Of a DNA stretch of 64,000 nucleotides, positions 59,256 through 64,000 are shown piece after piece. Position numbers and translations under genes: made by a program. The DNA comes from an uncultured Candidatus Saccharibacteria bacterium. Lineage in GTDB: Bacteria > Patescibacteriota > Minisyncoccia > Phycocordibacterales > UBA9973. Below the pieces are notes generated by a model that was given only the letters and a program-made list of their open reading frames with translations, had not been told where the DNA came from and did no database searches. The DNA is taken from assembly GCA_964432275.1 (NCBI GenBank), contig CAYSMH010000001.1:11191-75190 (forward strand). Direction: 5' to 3'. Each line of letters begins with the position of its first letter. Position 1 is the stretch's first letter.

Positions 59256-60902
59256 CTACACCACCTCACGTATCCGTACTCGCACACCACCTCTCCAACC
59301 AGCTTCGAGTGTTCCTAGTAGTGAGACTACTTCATTGGGAGCAAGTTTTTGGATCAGCTCATCTGTCGCAAAGAATGTAAATGCAGTTGCAGTACCGGTC
59401 ATGTCGCGGACGAGACATTCAATATGTTCTTTGTTTTTACCAAACATTTTTGTACTGACGATCGTGAGGCGCTCAAACAAGAACAGCGGCTCTGCATTAC
59501 CCACACCAAACGGTGCAAACTTGCGCACAGCGGACAGATGACGAGTGGTAGAGCATGCAAGTGGAAGTGAGATTGTTTCAAGAGTGTTTTTATCTTTGCC
59601 ATCGTGATCTACTTTTGCGATTGCAGTGTTGAGTGCTTCTTCGAGAAGGTGAATCTTTTCTTTTGCTACCGAGAACCCTCCTGCTGCTTGGTGTCCGCCT
59701 GCGTGCAGTATCATGCCATCTGGTAGCGCCTGGAACAGAAGTGCAGCATGGTGTTCATCGATCATCCGACATGAGCCTTTGATCGTACCGTCCCCTGCTT
59801 CTCCCCAGACAAAAAAGGATTTGTTGTACGTCTCCACCAGTTTGTTGGCGACCAGTCCGAGCACTGCGGGACGCCACTCGGGGTTGCCTACGACAACGAT
59901 CGCTCCGAGTGAGTTGTTGAGCTCGCGATATTTCACACTTGCATGTGCGACTTTTACGATTTGCGCAACAAGCGACTTGCGAAGTGTATTGATCTCATCG
60001 AGGGTGCGCACAATCTCAAGCGCACGTTTCGGGTCATCAGTTGAGAGAAGTTCAAATGCAAGCATGGGGGTGTCCATACGAGATGCTGCGTTGAGTCGTG
60101 GTGCAACAGTAAACGTAAGATCGGCCTCGGTGAGACGCGAAAGATCAATACTGTTTTTTTCAAGCAACATCCGCAGACCGACACGACGAGTCTTGCGCGC
60201 CACAAAGAGTCCATAGAGTGCGAGCATACGGTTCTCTCCGGTAAGTGGAACCATGTCAGAGAGTGTGGCAAAGCCGACAAGGTCGAGTAGCCATTTCTCC
60301 CATCCTTCTGGTATATCAAACTCTGTTCTGTGTTTTTCTAAAAATGCACACACGAGATAAAACGCCATTGCAGCTCCACACGGATCTTGGTTTGTATATG
60401 TACCCTTTGCCGGATGCACGAGTGCGTACGCTGCTGGGAAGTCTGCAAGTGGTGCATGGTGATCGGTGAGGAGAACGTCGATACCGCGCGACTGTGCATC
60501 TGCTACTTCTGCAATTGCGGTAATGCCCACATCGACTGTGATCATGAGCGTCACACTCTTGGCTTCAAGTGCATCGATACCTATCTTGCTAACACCGTAG
60601 CCCTCATCGTGTCGATCTGGTATGTAGACATGTACGCGATCCATCACTCCGAGCTTTTTAAAAAGGTCGATCAGTACGACTGCTCCCGGGATGCCGTCAC
60701 AGTCATAGTCAGCATAAATACCGATGTGTTCATCTCCTTTGACTGCGCTGTAGAGCCGTTCGGCAGCTCGCTCCATATCAGTAAACGCCCACAGATCTCC
60801 AAGACGATACTCAGGTTCAATAAATGGTTTGTGATCGGTAAGTCCCAGACGTGCTGCGAGCATTGTTTCAAGCTCGGCGGGCGTGGGGAGAGTGGGTTGC
60901 AT
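59256..60902 (-). CDS. recJ: single-stranded DNA exonuclease RecJ
   Basis: YADYDCDG, PDRHDEGYG, ITVDVGI, TDHH, PRLNAASR, GGHQAAGG, APFGVGN. Confidence 0.95.
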   Translation of the reverse strand: MQPTLPTPAELETMLAARLGLTDHKPFIEPEYRLGDLWAFTDMERAAERLYSAVKGDEHIGIYADYDCDGIPGAVVLIDLFKKLGVMDRVHVYIPDRHDEGYGVSKIGIDALEAKSVTLMITVDVGITAIAEVADAQSRGIDVLLTDHHAPLADFPAAYALVHPAKGTYTNQDPCGAAMAFYLVCAFLEKHRTEFDIPEGWEKWLLDLVGFATLSDMVPLTGENRMLALYGLFVARKTRRVGLRMLLEKNSIDLSRLTEADLTFTVAPRLNAASRMDTPMLAFELLSTDDPKRALEIVRTLDEINTLRKSLVAQIVKVAHASVKYRELNNSLGAIVVVGNPEWRPAVLGLVANKLVETYNKSFFVWGEAGDGTIKGSCRMIDEHHAALLFQALPDGMILHAGGHQAAGGFSVAKEKIHLLEEALNTAIAKVDHDGKDKNTLETISLPLACSTTRHLSAVRKFAPFGVGNAEPLFLFERLTIVSTKMFGKNKEHIECLVRDMTGTATAFTFFATDELIQKLAPNEVVSLLGTLEAGWRGGVRVRIREVV

Positions 60903-60930
60903 GCATGAGATTCTACCATATACTCTATGC

Positions 60931-61332
60931 ATGAATGACACCGTATTTGGCAAAATAATCCACGGAGAGATCCCTGCAACCAAGGTGTACGAAGACGATC
61001 AGTTTCTCGCATTTCTCGACATCAGCCCTGTCGCAAAAGGTCACACACTCCTTATCCCCAAAGAGCAGTACATGTGGATACACGACACACCTGACGATCT
61101 GGTCGCCGCTATTTTTGTAAAAGCGAAAGAGTTGATCAATGCAATGCGAGCAGGTTTACCTTGCGACTATGTCCAGCTTGGTGTGGTCGGCAACGAAGTG
61201 CCCCACTTTCATATTCATTTGATTCCGCGAATGTTCAGTGAAGAAGTACACCAAACTACTCGCCCTCATACCCCATATGAAAACTCAGAAGAAATGAATA
61301 CATTTGCCGACAAAATCAGAAGTGGTATGTAA
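60931..61332 (+). CDS. HIT family protein
   Basis: FGKIIHGEIP, GHTLLIPK, VPHFHIHLIPR. Confidence 0.95.
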   Translation: MNDTVFGKIIHGEIPATKVYEDDQFLAFLDISPVAKGHTLLIPKEQYMWIHDTPDDLVAAIFVKAKELINAMRAGLPCDYVQLGVVGNEVPHFHIHLIPRMFSEEVHQTTRPHTPYENSEEMNTFADKIRSGM

Positions 61333-61333
61333 T

Positions 61334-61405
61334 AAAAAAGGCCAGTGATAAAAATCACCGGCCTTGTTAAGAATCTTACGATTCTGTAACCCCCAAAGAA
61401 AACTT
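61334..61405 (-). ncRNA. candidate small RNA
   Basis: TTGACT(61435-40)-17-TATTAT(61412-17), then about 70 nt with hairpin agaatc-gtaa-gattct and terminator aggccggtgat..atcactggccttttt; no ORF. Confidence 0.45.
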
Positions 61406-61444
61406 ACCTCTATAATATCATATCTATATCATTTAGTCAAATGG

Positions 61445-61540
61445 TAAGCCCCCTTGATCTATCAAGGGGGAGCATTTTTCACGGGATACTTCCTGAAGAA
61501 GAGGTTTTTCATTTCAGGAGTGTAATGAGGTTTGATTTAT
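61445..61540 (-). ncRNA. candidate small RNA or 16-aa mini-ORF unit
   Basis: TACAAT box right after the pgk stop; tcctgaa..ttcagga hairpin; perfect cccccttgat/atcaaggggg inverted repeat at 61449-61470. Confidence 0.35.
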
Positions 61541-61554
61541 TCTATTGTACACAA

Positions 61555-62679
61555 CTATTGAAGAGCTGCAATCCCTGGAAGTGTTCCTGTTGCCAAATAG
61601 TCGAGCGCTGCACCTCCACCAGTAGAGACAAAGATGCGCTTAGTATCAACTCCTTGCATCATAGACTCAATCACTGCTCCAGTATCTCCTCCTCCAATGA
61701 TTGCTTTGGTCTTGCTTGCAACGATGGCCTCTGCGATCGCCTTTGTGCCTGCCACAAATCCTTTTTCATACCAACCTGTTGGACCGTTCCATACGACAAG
61801 CTTTGCTTTTTTTATTGCAACAGCAACAAGAGCTATGCTTTGTGGTCCAATATCAACAATCACATCATTTTTTTGTATTTCGTCAGGCGTGAGCGTGAGA
61901 CGTTTTGTACCTCTCGTCACGACAACATCGATCGGCAAGAGAAGTTTTTCGTTAGTTAGAAGTTTCTTGATCGGTGCATCATGTCCACTTTCAACGACAG
62001 ATTTCCCTATTTCAAACCCTGATACTTTATAAAAATTATTCAAAATTGCTCCTGCGATGATGAGTTTGTCTGCCTTGTCAGCAAATCGCGTAACAAGTGG
62101 TATCTTTGTCCCAAACTTTGCACCCCCGAGAATAAATACAAATGGATGCTTCGGATCAAGTGCAGATGAAAGCGCTTTGATCTCTCGCTCAAGCTGCACC
62201 CCTGCAAATGACGGGAGATATTTTGCAATCCCTACCACTGACACGTGCTTGCGATGTGAAACTGAAAACGCATCGTTGACATAGTACTGCCCAAGACTTG
62301 CAAGTCGTTTTCCAAACGAGACAGTATTTTTTTCTTCATCTGTGTACCGACGAATATTTTCAAGAAGGATTACTGTACCTTTGGGTACCTCATTTAGGAT
62401 ATCGATTGTGCGTTTGTCATTGAGATCATTGGTGACAAATACTGTGTTAAACGACTTTGAAAGATAGGTTGCGATCGGTCGCAAGCTGTCTGTCCCACTT
62501 CCAAGATGTGCGATAAGTACTGGAGTGCCTCCTTTTTTCAAGATAGTAGCGATTGTCTCAAAGCTTGCATCAATACGACGACTATCAACGATGGTTGTAC
62601 CTTTGAGCGGAACGTTATAATCAACACGCACAAGTACACGAGTGTTATTGAGTTTAGGAAGTTTTGTAACGGATTGCAT
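61555..62679 (-). CDS. pgk: phosphoglycerate kinase
   Basis: RVDYNVP, LLENIR, VNDAFSVSHR, GGAK, WNGP, GGGDT, STGGGA. Confidence 0.97.
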   Translation of the reverse strand: MQSVTKLPKLNNTRVLVRVDYNVPLKGTTIVDSRRIDASFETIATILKKGGTPVLIAHLGSGTDSLRPIATYLSKSFNTVFVTNDLNDKRTIDILNEVPKGTVILLENIRRYTDEEKNTVSFGKRLASLGQYYVNDAFSVSHRKHVSVVGIAKYLPSFAGVQLEREIKALSSALDPKHPFVFILGGAKFGTKIPLVTRFADKADKLIIAGAILNNFYKVSGFEIGKSVVESGHDAPIKKLLTNEKLLLPIDVVVTRGTKRLTLTPDEIQKNDVIVDIGPQSIALVAVAIKKAKLVVWNGPTGWYEKGFVAGTKAIAEAIVASKTKAIIGGGDTGAVIESMMQGVDTKRIFVSTGGGAALDYLATGTLPGIAALQ

Positions 62680-62680
62680 A

Positions 62681-63436
62681 TTAGAGAGTGGTCAGAGAAT
62701 GTGCGAGTTTACTAAAGCGCTTTACATCAAGACTAACACGACCAACAAGAAGGCCGTCCGCTTCTCCATCGGTAACAAATGCACGTGCATTCTCTTCTGA
62801 TACTGACCCCCCGTAGACGATTTGTATTTGCTTTGCAGTTTTTGCGTCATACAAATCAGTAACAAGCTTACGTATAAACATTATCATTTCTCTACACTCT
62901 ATAGGTGTCGCTTCTCGTTCTGCGTTAGCTCCTATTGCCCATACCGGCTCGTATGCAATGATACAACGCTTGAGATTTGCCTTTGGTACATCACGAAGTG
63001 CACTCTCAACCTGGTCCTTGATAGTAGAAAGGTACCACCCCTGAGCATCGCGTGTTTTTTCTCCAACACAGAGAATTATTGAAATTTTTTTCTCCATCAA
63101 TTGATCAAATTTTATTTTGACATCTTCGTTGGTATCTCCCGACGCACGACATTCTGAGTGACCTATAATACAGTACGAAAGCTTGGCACTTTTAAGTAAT
63201 GCCACACCAATAGAGCCTGTTGAAGCAACTGATACCGCTTTTGAGACATCTTGAGCACCCAGCTGCAAGGTGCGCGCCTTTGCGCTAATAGGTACGATAT
63301 ATAGAGTAGGAACACATGCAATTAACGTGAGAGACTTTTTATATTTCTTTGCAATCGTTGTTGTTGCTTGTGCAAGTCGCAATGCGTCTACTGTTGTAGA
63401 TGGGGCCATTTTCCAGTTTGCTATAAGAAGTTTCAT
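62681..63436 (-). CDS. tpiA: triosephosphate isomerase
   Basis: ANWKM, IGHSE, AYEPVWAIG, YGGSV. Confidence 0.96.
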   Translation of the reverse strand: MKLLIANWKMAPSTTVDALRLAQATTTIAKKYKKSLTLIACVPTLYIVPISAKARTLQLGAQDVSKAVSVASTGSIGVALLKSAKLSYCIIGHSECRASGDTNEDVKIKFDQLMEKKISIILCVGEKTRDAQGWYLSTIKDQVESALRDVPKANLKRCIIAYEPVWAIGANAEREATPIECREMIMFIRKLVTDLYDAKTAKQIQIVYGGSVSEENARAFVTDGEADGLLVGRVSLDVKRFSKLAHSLTTL

Positions 63437-63440
63437 TGGT

Positions 63441-63485
63441 CACAGTATAGCAAAAACCACCCTTTGAAAAAAGGGCGGTTTTTGC
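63441..63485 (-). promoter_or_regulatory. fused terminator + extended -10 module
   Basis: Minus strand gcaaaaaccgccc..gggtggtttttgcTATACT-7nt-ATG of tpiA. Confidence 0.7.
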
Positions 63486-63496
63486 TATCACCATAG

Positions 63497-63931
63497 TTAC
63501 TGACAAGGTACTATATACCCTTGCGCATCAGCACAAAGTTGTTGAATAGTAGTACTTCCTAGTGGAGTTGCCGTAATAGTGTCTTGAACACGAATTTCAT
63601 CATTCGCTTCAATACTTGTCACATTTGTAGCATCGCCAAAGGTAATAACAGACGGTGTCATAGGATTAGTGGTTGGACTTCCCCCGCGTATTATACCGCC
63701 AGCAAACACTGCTTGATCAAACTGTGCATTTCCTGCAACAAAAAATGTGTTTACCCCCAATCCCTGACTCTTGATCTGGTGTACTCGCCCACTATTAACT
63801 GGTGGTGCACTATTTACACTCACCGGAGGAAAAGATGGCTCACTCCATGCAGCACTCGCAACACCGATCCCAATGAGGGCAACTGCGACACCTGTAACTA
63901 TATATGATGCGGTTTGTTTTTTCATAGACAT
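63497..63931 (-). CDS. secreted hypothetical protein (AWSEP..PP..N..PP.N motif)
   Basis: Signal peptide then AWSEPSFPPVSVNSAPPVNSG; C-terminal LCAD..G.IVPC. Confidence 0.7.
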   Translation of the reverse strand: MSMKKQTASYIVTGVAVALIGIGVASAAWSEPSFPPVSVNSAPPVNSGRVHQIKSQGLGVNTFFVAGNAQFDQAVFAGGIIRGGSPTTNPMTPSVITFGDATNVTSIEANDEIRVQDTITATPLGSTTIQQLCADAQGYIVPCQ

Positions 63932-63933
63932 TT

Positions 63934-64000
63934 TTATAGACAAATCTTGTAACCAGCTGCTGAACAAGCAAGTATATCTCCTGGTTCACAATACCCTGCT
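63934..64000 (-). CDS. 3' end of a Cys-rich protein, truncated by the window edge
   Basis: Open frame ..AGYCEPGDILACSAAGYKICL* ending 2 nt before the next ATG. Confidence 0.5.
   Translation of the reverse strand, partial: AGYCEPGDILACSAAGYKICL

Noticed and set aside
1-64000. Alternative genetic code (UGA = Gly/Trp)
   Set aside because: All core genes are full length under code 11. Only one internal TGA was seen, and orphan ORFs end plausibly at TGA.

Overview
This looks like chromosomal DNA from a Patescibacteria/CPR (Parcubacteria-like) bacterium. That assignment is inferred from several features: no rpmD, an RRM RNA-binding protein, an ECF sigma with a DUF5667-type partner, a DUF87/T4CP ATPase with a lamin-tail protein, split comEC, and tRNA-Ile(UAU). 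The window holds the str/S10/spc ribosomal superoperon (rpsL to secY-adk-map, minus strand), which is broken by terminators, promoters and inserted genes and has no rpmC. It also holds infC-rpmI-rplT, smpB and tmRNA, two tRNAs, housekeeping genes (recG, ychF, ftsH, recJ, rnhA, pgk, tpiA) and two large repeat-rich surface proteins. Two expression formats coexist. Most housekeeping genes look leaderless, with a -10 box 6-9 nt before the start codon. About a dozen AT-rich orphan genes are single-gene units with a TTGAC(A/T)-15..17-TAnnnT promoter, an A-rich leader without Shine-Dalgarno, and usually a terminator. Two of these units look Bacteroidota-derived: a Bacteroidota-type primary sigma-70 and a Bacteroidota-style lipoprotein. 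Promoter-to-terminator units with no or only a tiny ORF (candidate sRNAs) use the same format. All product calls come from motif recognition by eye; no database search was run.
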